IMG/VR virus record: IMGVR_UViG_3300025869_002060
Location: 124,001-188,000 of that record
DNA: 64,000 nt
Reading direction: 5' to 3' (one strand)
A program made the position numbers and the translations under genes. This document shows, piece by piece, positions 1 to 8,574 of the stretch (positions are counted from its first letter, which is position 1; each line of letters opens with the position of its first letter). The notes beneath the pieces are model-generated. The model was not told the DNA's origin and did no database searches. It worked only from the letters and a program-made list of their open reading frames with translations.

Positions 1-210
1 GTAGGAGAAGAACTTTTACTCTATCAAGAAAGAGATTTATTTGACTTGCTTAAATTTCTTAAGTATTTTATTGACACACTTAGATCTAACGATATAGTAT
101 GGGGTGTTGGTAGAGGAAGTAGTGTAGCAAGTTTCGTGTTATACCTAATAGGTGTACACAAAATTAACAGTATATATTACGATTTAGATATCAGTGAATT
201 TTTACGATAA
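1..210 (+). CDS. 3' end of a short DNA polymerase III alpha (DnaE)-like fragment, 5'-truncated by the window
   Basis: Frame 1 translates ...VWGVGRGSSVASFVLYLIGVHKINSIYYDLDISEFLR* (TAA 208-210), matching the DnaE G-x-GRGS-x-x-x-S-x-V-x-Y-x-x-G motif; not in the ORF track. Confidence 0.75.
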   Translation, partial: VGEELLLYQERDLFDLLKFLKYFIDTLRSNDIVWGVGRGSSVASFVLYLIGVHKINSIYYDLDISEFLR

Positions 211-241
211 ATAGTAATATACACATATAACGGAGAATAAC

Positions 242-859
242 ATGGCAGACAAATCAATGTATCGTTCAGCAATGGGAAAGAATATCGACATCGATAGTCT
301 AAGAGTTGCAAACGAAGAATTAATTGCCGTTGGTAACATGAGAGTTAATGCAAGAGGTGATGAATTAGGGCCTGGTGGTGTAGTACTACGTTCAAGAGAA
401 GAAGTACTAGCAGATACCAATCCGCCTTCTAAACCAACACCAACCCATGCAACAGCAACTAACCCTAATTTACCAGTCAATGCCCCCAGAAAAGAAACCC
501 CAAAAACACCAGTGGAGGAAGCAATGGCTCAAGCACCAGTTCCAGTTGAATTTCCAGATGATCTTGGCAACGAAGATGAAGTAGTATTAAGACCAGATCC
601 GGTCCCTGCTCCAATTCCAGATCCTCAGCCTATAGTTGCTCAACCAGTTCCACAAGTTGTTCCAGACGTAGTTCCGGCACCAACTCCACCAGTGGTTGAA
701 GAGCCAGTGGTTGAAGAATCATCAGGATTTATTGAGCCCGGAGCACCAGTTGAAAGAACTGTTAGAGGATCATTGGCGGCATCAGTAGCAGGTGGAAAAA
801 CTGTTACGCAAGAAGCTCAGCCAAATCCAAAAAAAGCAAACGGTCCAAGGAGACTATAA
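242..859 (+). CDS. Hypothetical protein with conserved-looking N-terminus and Pro/Val/Glu-rich low-complexity tail
   Basis: 205 aa ORF; GGAG SD upstream; IAVGNMRVNARGDELGPGG core followed by PVP/PVV repeats. Confidence 0.8.
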   Translation: MADKSMYRSAMGKNIDIDSLRVANEELIAVGNMRVNARGDELGPGGVVLRSREEVLADTNPPSKPTPTHATATNPNLPVNAPRKETPKTPVEEAMAQAPVPVEFPDDLGNEDEVVLRPDPVPAPIPDPQPIVAQPVPQVVPDVVPAPTPPVVEEPVVEESSGFIEPGAPVERTVRGSLAASVAGGKTVTQEAQPNPKKANGPRRL

Positions 860-862
860 TTA

Positions 863-1003
863 ATGGCTAAGAAATTAATGTCGGGTAAAGATCCAAAAGC
901 AAAAGGTAAAAAAGTATCGCATGGTAACTCACATGCCAGTGCTGATGAAGTACGGTGGGACGAAACTGCACACAAATGGGTAACAAGAAATAAAGGAAAC
1001 TAA
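863..1003 (+). CDS. Small basic hypothetical protein (46 aa)
   Basis: Read by eye: MAKKLMSGKDPKAKGKKVSHGNSHASADEVRWDETAHKWVTRNKGN*; fills the gap between neighbours exactly. Confidence 0.6.
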   Translation: MAKKLMSGKDPKAKGKKVSHGNSHASADEVRWDETAHKWVTRNKGN

Positions 1004-1004
1004 A

Positions 1005-1379
1005 ATGTCAAACTATCTACCAATACATAGTTCAAGTGGAATCAGAGCATTGCGTGATCACGTTATAGTTGAAGATATTCAATTTGGTGAACGTAAAACA
1101 TCTGGTGGTATTATTGTTCTTGATGACGATGGAAAAACTCAAGGCATCCGTGCTAGATGGGCTAAAGTACATGCAGTTGGTCCAGAACAAACAGATGTTA
1201 AAGTAGGACAATGGGTTCTAATTGAACACGGTCGTTGGACACGAGCACTTAAAATTGAAATTGAAAGTGTAGTTAAAATGATTTCTCGTGCTGATAACGA
1301 TGGTATTCTTGCTGTCAGTGATGATGCACCAGACGATAATGCTGAAACATGGGCATCGTCGAGTGTAATGCATGCCTAA
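1005..1379 (+). CDS. groES: GroES/Cpn10 co-chaperonin
   Basis: LRDHVIV...ERKTSGGIIV...AKVHAVGP...VKVGQWVL matches the Cpn10 pattern including the mobile loop. Confidence 0.85.
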   Translation: MSNYLPIHSSSGIRALRDHVIVEDIQFGERKTSGGIIVLDDDGKTQGIRARWAKVHAVGPEQTDVKVGQWVLIEHGRWTRALKIEIESVVKMISRADNDGILAVSDDAPDDNAETWASSSVMHA

Positions 1380-1533
1380 ATGGGGTGTTGAATACGAGCC
1401 GAGAATTGAAGATCCGGTTATCGTTGCAAAGTTTGATACTAAAGATGAAGCAACTGCTCATTTAGAGTATATAAAAAATGTAAGACCAAAAGCAAGTCCA
1501 TATCATACAATAGTGGAGATTGATGATGCATGA
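1372..1533 (+). CDS. Small hypothetical protein (53 aa)
   Basis: Read by eye: MPKWGVEYEPRIEDPVIVAKFDTKDEATAHLEYIKNVRPKASPYHTIVEIDDA*; overlaps both neighbours. Confidence 0.55.
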   Translation: MPKWGVEYEPRIEDPVIVAKFDTKDEATAHLEYIKNVRPKASPYHTIVEIDDA

Positions 1534-1789
1534 AGTTCGAATACAATCAGATAAAGTTACTCAACGAGGACGTTGGGTTGGTGAAGAATCCGGAACCAGT
1601 GTTGAAGGTGGTGCGTTGAATGCAAACTATCGAGATACCGAAGCACTTGCTATTGTAGCAAATCGTTTGGGACAATATAGTTTAGAATATGGTAAAGATT
1701 TCCATTTTAAGACTTGCGGATTAGACGAAATTGTGTTAGAATTTAACGATAATAAAGATGCACTTCTCGCACATTTGAAATGGATATAA
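1520..1789 (+). CDS. Hypothetical protein
   Basis: 89 aa ORF in operon context; start may be ATG 1523 or 1526. Confidence 0.65.
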   Translation: MMMHEVRIQSDKVTQRGRWVGEESGTSVEGGALNANYRDTEALAIVANRLGQYSLEYGKDFHFKTCGLDEIVLEFNDNKDALLAHLKWI

Positions 1790-1792
1790 CAC

Positions 1793-2722
1793 ATGAAAGA
1801 ACTTTGGACAGAAAAATACAGGCCTGCAACTGTATCCGACTACGTATTTACAGACCAACAACAACGCTCACAAGTTGAAAGCTGGGTAAAAGATCAAACT
1901 ATTCCACACTTGTTACTAAGTGGAAGCCCAGGAACAGGCAAAACAACTCTTGCTAAAGTTTTAATTAACGAACTAAACATTCAAGACTTTGATATTTTAC
2001 ACATCAATGCCAGTAGAGATAATGGTGTAGACTTTATTAAAAGTAGAGTTGAAACATTTGTACAAACAATGCCATTTGGTGAGTTTAAGATTGTTTTATT
2101 AGACGAAGCTGATTACCTCTCGCACAACGCACAAGCTATTATGCGTGGACTAATGGAAACATATCACGAAGCGGCAAGGTTTATTTTTACTTGTAATCTT
2201 CCACATAAAATTATGCCAGCATTGCATAGTAGATGCCAAGGCTTCCATATCAGTAAAACAGATCATGTTGAGTTTACTGCAAGAGCGGCAACTATCTTGG
2301 TTGGAGAAAGTGTTGAGTTTGAACTTGATATCCTTGACAGTTATGTAAAAGCAACATATCCAGACTTGCGTAAATGTTTGAATTTGCTACAAGCAAATAG
2401 TATTGAAGGAGTTCTTAGTAGCCCAGGTGAAAACGATTCAGCAGTACATGATTGGAAACTTGGTGCAGTTGATTTGTTTAAGAATGGTGACATTCTTAAA
2501 GGTAGAGAAACTATTTGTAAACAAGCAAGTGTTGAAGATATTGACGAAATGTTTCGCTGGATGTACGACAACCTTGAGCTATGGAGTGATACGCCAGATG
2601 GACAAGACAAAGCAATCCTTGCAATTCGTGATGGTATGGTCAATCATAGTATGGTAGCAGATCCTGAAATTAATTTAAGTGCAACTCTAGTAGAATTAAC
2701 AACTATTAACAATGAAACGTAA
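1793..2722 (+). CDS. Clamp loader AAA+ subunit (RFC small subunit / T4 gp44-like)
   Basis: WTEKYRP, Walker A GSPGTGKTT, INASRDNG, Walker B LLDEAD, SRC sensor, DLRKCLN. Confidence 0.95.
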   Translation: MKELWTEKYRPATVSDYVFTDQQQRSQVESWVKDQTIPHLLLSGSPGTGKTTLAKVLINELNIQDFDILHINASRDNGVDFIKSRVETFVQTMPFGEFKIVLLDEADYLSHNAQAIMRGLMETYHEAARFIFTCNLPHKIMPALHSRCQGFHISKTDHVEFTARAATILVGESVEFELDILDSYVKATYPDLRKCLNLLQANSIEGVLSSPGENDSAVHDWKLGAVDLFKNGDILKGRETICKQASVEDIDEMFRWMYDNLELWSDTPDGQDKAILAIRDGMVNHSMVADPEINLSATLVELTTINNET

Positions 2723-3149
2723 AGACGTATATATAACTGCCAAGTATACCCGAGTACTTCGTGACGGTGTAGATAAGACCCTTAAAGGGTGGAAAACCGA
2801 TGAAAACAACTGGTCATGGACCGAAAGAGTTGAAGTTACGAACCGTATGAAGAAGCAAAAAAAGATCGATAACCAAGTGGTAGTTAATGTAACAAAAAGA
2901 GAAGTTCTTAAGAACGATATAGGTGCAACAGGTACAGTGCCTAATTTTTGGCTTACGTGGGACTATTTCTGTCGCACAAACGGTAAGTATATACAAGAAA
3001 CCATGATTCCGTTGGATGATAGATTATTTAAAGATGTAATGGCTGAAATGGATCTTAAGAAGTTTGAAGCTGAAATGCACAAGAAGCAATTAGAAGAAGA
3101 TTTAAATGAACAAATCAATGTACAAACAGAAAAAGAAGAGAGCAGTTAA
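2712..3149 (+). CDS. Hypothetical protein
   Basis: 145 aa ORF overlapping the clamp loader stop. Confidence 0.7.
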   Translation: MKRKDVYITAKYTRVLRDGVDKTLKGWKTDENNWSWTERVEVTNRMKKQKKIDNQVVVNVTKREVLKNDIGATGTVPNFWLTWDYFCRTNGKYIQETMIPLDDRLFKDVMAEMDLKKFEAEMHKKQLEEDLNEQINVQTEKEESS

Positions 3150-3336
3150 TCCTAACATTGTTCGCCCTAATCTGTTTAGCCACGAAAAAACTATTAAAGA
3201 ACAAGCTCAAACCCTTGGTGAAATGTCTCATCGTACTGACACATTGAGTCGTACAATTGAAGCACAAAATACACGAATACACAACCTCGAAACTACAGTA
3301 TCGCAATTATTAGAAGTTTTACGTAGACGAGGTTAA
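3106..3336 (+). CDS. Small coiled-coil hypothetical protein
   Basis: 76 aa ORF with heptad-like C-terminal half. Confidence 0.6.
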   Translation: MNKSMYKQKKKRAVNPNIVRPNLFSHEKTIKEQAQTLGEMSHRTDTLSRTIEAQNTRIHNLETTVSQLLEVLRRRG

Positions 3337-4211
3337 CTTAATATTTCCTTTAAAAGAAACTTACGAACAGCAAGTCCATTAGACATTTGTTCAAAGTACC
3401 TAGCACGTGGATCGTCATCGAACCATGTAGGCAATTCGTCAACCCTTGGTAACGGATGCATAACAATACACTTTTGATTTAGATGTTCAACATCGCCTTC
3501 TTCAAACTTATATGATGCCCATGCTCCACGTTCAGCTTGAACTCGAGTGATATACAATACATCAGACTCTTGTAATACTGAATAGTTAAGTTCATTAAAT
3601 GAAGCAAACGAAGGATCACTATAATCCATTGGTAACTGTAAGTTTGGTGGGCTAACTAGATTTACTTTACAATTAAACATCTTAAGCACATTAACCAAAC
3701 TATGCACAGTTCTACCAAATTTTAAATCGCCCATTACTGTTATTGTAAGGCCATCTAGTGTTTGATATTCTTTATATATTGTATATAAGTCAAGCAGTGT
3801 TTGTGTTGGATGTTCGCCAACTCCGTCTCCAGCATTTATAATAGGTACATCACTAACTTCAGTCGCACGTAAAGCCGAACCAACTTCAGGATGTCTAAGT
3901 ACAATACAATGCGTATAACTTCCTAAAGTGCGTATTGTATCTTCTAATGTTTCACCTTTGCTAACACTAGAATACTGTACATTATTGATGCTGAGAACTT
4001 CATGTCCAAGATATTTTGCCGCCGCATAGAAACTAGAACTAGTTCGTGTACTAGGCTCATAAAATAGATTGCAAATTAATTTTTTAGTTTGAGATTCTTG
4101 GAATACTTTTAGTTTGCTAGTTTCGGACTTTTGAATTTTGTCCAATAGTAGCATTATAGATAATTTAGTATAATTGTTTAAGGTAATAAAATGTCTACCT
4201 TGTTTTATCAA
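3333..4211 (-). CDS. pyrB: Aspartate carbamoyltransferase catalytic subunit
   Basis: FYEPSTRTSSSF, SVSKGETLEDT, IVLRH, NAGDGVGEHPTQTLLD, GDLKFGRTVHS, YITRVQAER, MHPLPRVDE: the catalytic motifs are all present. Confidence 0.97.
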   Translation of the reverse strand: MIKQGRHFITLNNYTKLSIMLLLDKIQKSETSKLKVFQESQTKKLICNLFYEPSTRTSSSFYAAAKYLGHEVLSINNVQYSSVSKGETLEDTIRTLGSYTHCIVLRHPEVGSALRATEVSDVPIINAGDGVGEHPTQTLLDLYTIYKEYQTLDGLTITVMGDLKFGRTVHSLVNVLKMFNCKVNLVSPPNLQLPMDYSDPSFASFNELNYSVLQESDVLYITRVQAERGAWASYKFEEGDVEHLNQKCIVMHPLPRVDELPTWFDDDPRARYFEQMSNGLAVRKFLLKEILS

Positions 4212-4254
4212 AATCCGTCTCCACTTCCTTTGACGTTATATTACTTATGCTTAA

Positions 4255-4920
4255 TTAACGCCAATAGAATCCTAAGCGTTTGGATTCGGATTGTCCATGT
4301 GCATCATAAACAGATTCTTTAAAAGTATATCCTGCATCAGCTAATGTTAAATGACTTGACATCGCATTTTCACCGTCGTCCCAAATTGGGATTATTTCTT
4401 TTGCATTCTGTGGGAACCATTCATTGTGATGTAAATGTATTTCAATGATCTTGTCTCCAATCCATTCAATATTAAACTTGAAAAGACTGTGTAAATCTTT
4501 GACTATAAATGGTGGTATTTCAAGCTGAGGTAATTCCTTTACATCAACTCTTGTCCAACTTGAGTAATGTACATTTTGATCATTCTTGTGCCCATGAAAA
4601 CAACGTTGGGGATATATTTCACTTCTATGAGTTGAATAATCAATTGTTAAATGATCTCCATCAAATTTCTCGCACCAAAAGAGGCTAGGATCATTTATAG
4701 TTTCACCTTCTTTAAGAGTAACAATTTGTGTGTTGGCACTTAATCCTGACAAGTTATATATTGGGCGAATAATGTATTCACCATCATGAGGCACAGGGGT
4801 TCCTGCTGGACCGGCAACATATTCTAATTTTAACGAAAGATCAAGTTTGTTAAAATAAGATCTAAGATGCGGATAACTATCCCAGGCGTCTTTATCTTTT
4901 TTCGGATAAAATTTTGACAT
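4255..4920 (-). CDS. Phage ATP-grasp-fold-like protein
   Basis: FNKLDL, GPAGTPVP, YIIRPIYNLSGL, FWCEKFDGDHLTIDY, NIEWIGDKIIEIH follow the order of ATP-grasp elements; the family resembles one I recall from marine T4-like phages. Confidence 0.55.
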   Translation of the reverse strand: MSKFYPKKDKDAWDSYPHLRSYFNKLDLSLKLEYVAGPAGTPVPHDGEYIIRPIYNLSGLSANTQIVTLKEGETINDPSLFWCEKFDGDHLTIDYSTHRSEIYPQRCFHGHKNDQNVHYSSWTRVDVKELPQLEIPPFIVKDLHSLFKFNIEWIGDKIIEIHLHHNEWFPQNAKEIIPIWDDGENAMSSHLTLADAGYTFKESVYDAHGQSESKRLGFYWR

Positions 4921-4937
4921 TGTAGTACAAAGAAGAA

Positions 4938-4960
4938 ATAAGAGGGAAAACCCCTCTTAT
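4938..4960 (-). terminator. Intrinsic terminator hairpin
   Basis: ATAAGAGGG-AAAAC-CCCTCTTAT 9-bp stem followed on the minus strand by TTCTTCTTT, downstream of ORF 4987-5322. Confidence 0.7.
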
Positions 4961-4986
4961 CTCAATAATCTATAATAACCTTTGTG

Positions 4987-5322
4987 TTATGAAGTAACAG
5001 TTTTCATGCGTTCTTCCCAATCAGCAGTTGCTGGATCGGGTGCAGGAAGGTCGGAATCATCATATTCTGCAGTGTCCGGTACATCACTAGAAACACCTTT
5101 CATGCGTTCTTCCCAATCAGCTGATGCAGGATCAGGTGCTGGTAAGTTATCTTCTTCACCATCACCATCCATATCAGGTTCTACCCAACGTCCGATGATA
5201 TCATCCCAATGACCGTAATCGTCTGGCCACCAGTCTGGGCGGTTATCTTTGTCAGTGAAAGTAGATTCTTCAGCAAGTTTACTTGCCGCAATAAAATCTT
5301 CTTCAGTTACATTCTCAGCCAT
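4987..5322 (-). CDS. Acidic 111 aa peptide with two copies of LPAPDPA(S/T)ADWEERMK
   Basis: ORF track; GGAG SD; repeat visible at DNA and protein level. Confidence 0.75.
   Translation of the reverse strand: MAENVTEEDFIAASKLAEESTFTDKDNRPDWWPDDYGHWDDIIGRWVEPDMDGDGEEDNLPAPDPASADWEERMKGVSSDVPDTAEYDDSDLPAPDPATADWEERMKTVTS
5002..5148. repeat. Intragenic direct repeat, 96-nt period
   Basis: TTTCATGCGTTCTTCCCAATCAGC identical at 5002-5025 and 5098-5121; the flanking parts differ mainly at synonymous positions. Confidence 0.9.
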
Positions 5323-5606
5323 TATTTGCTCCTTTGCTCTAATTTAGCGATCCTATTTTCAAGTTCATCTATTTTACGAGAGATATTTGGATTTACCAAT
5401 CTCCATGCATCCGGCTTTTGATCAAACCATGTCCATCCATATCTGTCACGAACATAATCTAAAATTGAATCCCATTTTCCATATACCCACAAACCAATAT
5501 TAGTATCACGCATATATGCTACAAACAACGCACCAAATACACTTCCTATTATTCCGGTATATATCCAAGTACGATTTGTTGCCATTTCAGCAATCATGTC
5601 CCACAT
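5322..5606 (-). CDS. Small membrane protein
   Basis: Hydrophobic segment WIYTGIIGSVFGALFVAYM; GAGGA SD. Confidence 0.75.
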   Translation of the reverse strand: MWDMIAEMATNRTWIYTGIIGSVFGALFVAYMRDTNIGLWVYGKWDSILDYVRDRYGWTWFDQKPDAWRLVNPNISRKIDELENRIAKLEQRSK

Positions 5607-5646
5607 ATAGTATCCTCTAATTATATAACAAAACTATTTAGCCAAT

Positions 5647-5985
5647 TTATTCCCATTTCTGGGTATCTTCGTTCCAAATAGTGCCTGCTGTGGTAGTCTC
5701 GCCTAAATTTTTTGCAATTTCGATTGATTGAGCACGTTCCATAACCTCTTGGTCTGTCATTAACTTTGATGTGCTATTTTTGTAGAATTCTGTAACCAGT
5801 TGCTCAGCATCTAACCATGTTCTGTTTTCGTTGCTAACAACTTCTAATAGTCTGGCACCAACATTAAATTGATCACCTAAGGTAACTAATTCATTAGCAC
5901 CTTGTTCAATCATTTCCCAGCTGTCTTGTCCAATGCCTTCCCAAACAAGATCAATACCGCCAAGATGTTCTACTGTATCTGTCAT
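5647..5985 (-). CDS. Hypothetical protein
   Basis: 112 aa ORF in minus-strand operon. Confidence 0.7.
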   Translation of the reverse strand: MTDTVEHLGGIDLVWEGIGQDSWEMIEQGANELVTLGDQFNVGARLLEVVSNENRTWLDAEQLVTEFYKNSTSKLMTDQEVMERAQSIEIAKNLGETTTAGTIWNEDTQKWE

Positions 5986-6900
5986 TTAATTCTTCTCCAT
6001 TTTTAATAAAGTATGTTTAGTTTCTGGAATCTTAACTCTAAAGGCAATACGATACGAAGGTGTTGGAGCAAATGCCGCTGACGTTCGATGTGTTGCATAA
6101 TGTGGGTAAACTATAACCCGCCCAGGCTTATTTCCAATCATCTGATTTGGCCAGCCAATATTGTACAGTTGTTTCCAATGCTTTTCCCCACTTGGTTCAT
6201 CGCCATAAAAAAAGAACTCGTTACCCCACGATGGTTTCCACTCTTCGTTTGCAATAAAAAGTACAGTATAATATTGATCTTGTCTTGTAAAACCAGGACC
6301 TGAATCTTTGTGAATTGATCCAAGTATTCCGGACTCAGTTAAACTGCTTCTACTATGTCCGGCGATTACTCTTCCTTCTCGAGCATTTAGGTAACATGTA
6401 AATTCTCTCTTATTCCGAGGACAAGAATACTTGTCGTAAAAATCCACACCGTCTGAGTATCTATCACCTGAGTCATGAGTTACTACGTCTTTACTAAGAT
6501 GTGGAGCAACTTTACTCATTTGACGTAACACACTTCTGCTTTTTTCTCTTATACCCAAACCGCCAATGCCTTCGGGTATACCATCTAAATTAGCAAGAGA
6601 ATTAAATACTCTATCATTGATGTCAGTCCATAATTTATAAATCAGTGGATTTCGTTCCATTGTGCTTTCGGTATCCCATCCAATTGGATGTCTCCACATT
6701 GATCTAATTATAGCACTTGCATGGTTGTCTCCACGTGGATCAAAATCGTTTTGGTGATGCATTTTTAAAATACCTGCATACCATTTTACATCTAGACACC
6801 ATTCTGAAATGTCTTTGTGCTGGTCTCTGGGTATAATATCATCAAAATAAGTGGGTTGACTGTACATACTAATACTTATTGGCGAAAATAGAGGTTGCAT
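5986..6900 (-). CDS. 2OG-Fe(II) oxygenase superfamily protein
   Basis: IHKD (HxD), YTVLFIANEEWKPSWGNE, KPGRVIVYPHYATH (distal His), YRIAF (Arg). Confidence 0.75.
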   Translation of the reverse strand: MQPLFSPISISMYSQPTYFDDIIPRDQHKDISEWCLDVKWYAGILKMHHQNDFDPRGDNHASAIIRSMWRHPIGWDTESTMERNPLIYKLWTDINDRVFNSLANLDGIPEGIGGLGIREKSRSVLRQMSKVAPHLSKDVVTHDSGDRYSDGVDFYDKYSCPRNKREFTCYLNAREGRVIAGHSRSSLTESGILGSIHKDSGPGFTRQDQYYTVLFIANEEWKPSWGNEFFFYGDEPSGEKHWKQLYNIGWPNQMIGNKPGRVIVYPHYATHRTSAAFAPTPSYRIAFRVKIPETKHTLLKMEKN

Positions 6901-6951
6901 TTTTTTTCTATTGGATATATACTAATAGTACACAATGAGAGGTGTCACAAA

Positions 6952-7140
6952 TTGATAGAAGACTTTGAGCATTGGTGTTCTGAGAAATGGTACGAACATA
7001 AACAGGAAAAGAAAGACTGGGAACGATTAAGTGTTCTACCATACACACAAGAACAGTACATCGAAAAAAACTCCGTATTTTTACGTAAATTATACGAAGA
7101 TAAAGTTAATAGGGATGATTCTAAGAATACGGAATTGTGA
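6952..7140 (+). CDS. Small hypothetical protein
   Basis: In-frame TTG at 6952 after a GAGAGGTG SD within track ORF 6895-7140. Confidence 0.5.
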   Translation: MIEDFEHWCSEKWYEHKQEKKDWERLSVLPYTQEQYIEKNSVFLRKLYEDKVNRDDSKNTEL

Positions 7141-7591
7141 TCCAATAATTAAAGAAGCGGTTCGTGCTTATGTAGGTTTCGCTGGTCCGATACTCTTTGG
7201 CCGTAGGCTATCTAAAAACATTAAAGTATCAATTTGTTTCAGTAACAAAATATCTGATTGTGGCAGTGCAATGCCAAACGACGAAAAGTATTATCCTCGT
7301 TCATTTTTAATACACTTACATTCTGATTCAAAGTACACTGAAACGTTACAGACTCTTGGACACGAACTTACCCATACTAAACAGTTTGCCAGAGGCGAGT
7401 TGAGGTATCCTAGTACCGGACATACTGTATGGCACAATAAGTTGTATAAGGACGAGGAAGTTGCATATTATCGTGAGCCATGGGAAATTGAAGCATTTGG
7501 CGAAGGATACTGTTTGACTCAGCTATTTTTTGAAGAATTACCCCAATACCATCCTAAATTAAGAGCAAAAATATTAACTCATTCTAGCTAA
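7115..7591 (+). CDS. Zincin-like metallopeptidase
   Basis: LGHELTHTKQF (HExxH) and EPWEIEAF; ATG 7115 preferred over the track start. Confidence 0.75.
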   Translation: MILRIRNCDPIIKEAVRAYVGFAGPILFGRRLSKNIKVSICFSNKISDCGSAMPNDEKYYPRSFLIHLHSDSKYTETLQTLGHELTHTKQFARGELRYPSTGHTVWHNKLYKDEEVAYYREPWEIEAFGEGYCLTQLFFEELPQYHPKLRAKILTHSS

Positions 7592-7629
7592 GTCATTGAT
7601 ATACAACAAATCTTTTTTCACATTTTTGG

Positions 7630-7658
7630 TTGACATTTTGGTAAAAGTATCGTATACT
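7630..7658 (+). promoter_or_regulatory. Sigma70-type early promoter followed by a conserved AATAAGGAATTAGGAG leader (7667-7682)
   Basis: TTGACA-17 bp-TATACT. Confidence 0.8.
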
Positions 7659-7690
7659 GTATAGACAATAAGGAATTAGGAGTTACCCAT

Positions 7691-8389
7691 ATGTACTACC
7701 GTTCAAAAAAAATGATGAAGATAAAGAAGCAACCAATGCATAACATGGACAATGTCCTTGGTTTTGTTGTACGTGTTTTTAATGATCAAGGTAATATGGT
7801 TGTTAAGGCTCCAGTATGGGGCGAGCAAGTTGCTAAGGAAGACCAGGGAAAATCCAATAAAGAAAAGGTACTGGCCTTGCTTGAATCTGGTACTAAGCCT
7901 AGCAAAGAAGAAATTGATGAAGGTCGTAAAATGGCGTCACAGTTGCAGGGCAAGATTGTTCTAAACGAATTGTCCGGTGTTCGTACTAACGATTTTATGG
8001 CCAATGTTAATACAAACTCACAAGGTGATGAGATTGAACAACGTGCTATTGGTATTGTAGTGTGGTTGCCTAAGATTGCTAAAGACCTTGATACCGCAGA
8101 AAAAGAACAAGAGACAATGCAGGTAAGCGGATCTACAAGCGAGTTTATTGGCAAGGTCAAGGACAAACTTACATTAGACATCGTTCCTATTAAAGTTCGC
8201 AAGGTAGTGTCTATAGGTAAGTTTAGTGTTACTGGTACAGTTGATGGTAACTTAGTTACTTTTTGGCATAGTGACGAACCAGAAGTTGGTAAGCAAATGA
8301 CAGTGTCGGCTCGTGTCAAAGAACACAAGCAATGTCAGTACCACTTCCAAAACAATGTTACTCAGCTTCATTACGTAAAGGTTGCATAA
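7691..8389 (+). CDS. Hypothetical protein with probable C-terminal OB-fold
   Basis: SEFIGKVKDKLTLDI...TVSARVKEHKQ...VTQLHYVKV beta-rich pattern. Confidence 0.6.
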   Translation: MYYRSKKMMKIKKQPMHNMDNVLGFVVRVFNDQGNMVVKAPVWGEQVAKEDQGKSNKEKVLALLESGTKPSKEEIDEGRKMASQLQGKIVLNELSGVRTNDFMANVNTNSQGDEIEQRAIGIVVWLPKIAKDLDTAEKEQETMQVSGSTSEFIGKVKDKLTLDIVPIKVRKVVSIGKFSVTGTVDGNLVTFWHSDEPEVGKQMTVSARVKEHKQCQYHFQNNVTQLHYVKVA

Positions 8390-8574
8390 TGGAACACCCA
8401 GCAACATATGAAATTAGCCGCGATGAGTGGTTGACAATTAACAGGGCTTTGTGTGGAGCAAGGTTACAAATGAATAATATCCCGCCATATGGTGTTGACC
8501 GTAAAGCACAGGTTAACGATTCATTAGATATTATTTCAAAGATTTATCAACAAGCAAAGGAGAAGACAATATGA
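8389..8574 (+). CDS. Small hypothetical protein
   Basis: MEHPATYEIS... within track ORF 8332-8574; ATG overlaps the previous stop. Confidence 0.55.
   Translation: MEHPATYEISRDEWLTINRALCGARLQMNNIPPYGVDRKAQVNDSLDIISKIYQQAKEKTI

Noticed and set aside
5002-5148. CRISPR mini-array
   Set aside because: Only two copies, in frame inside a coding sequence, with synonymous divergence
7786-8328. Long antisense or alternate-frame ORFs in the track (for example 7786-8328, 15134-15586, 34514-34921, 49326-49817)
   Set aside because: They shadow well-supported genes, and have no SD or recognisable motifs
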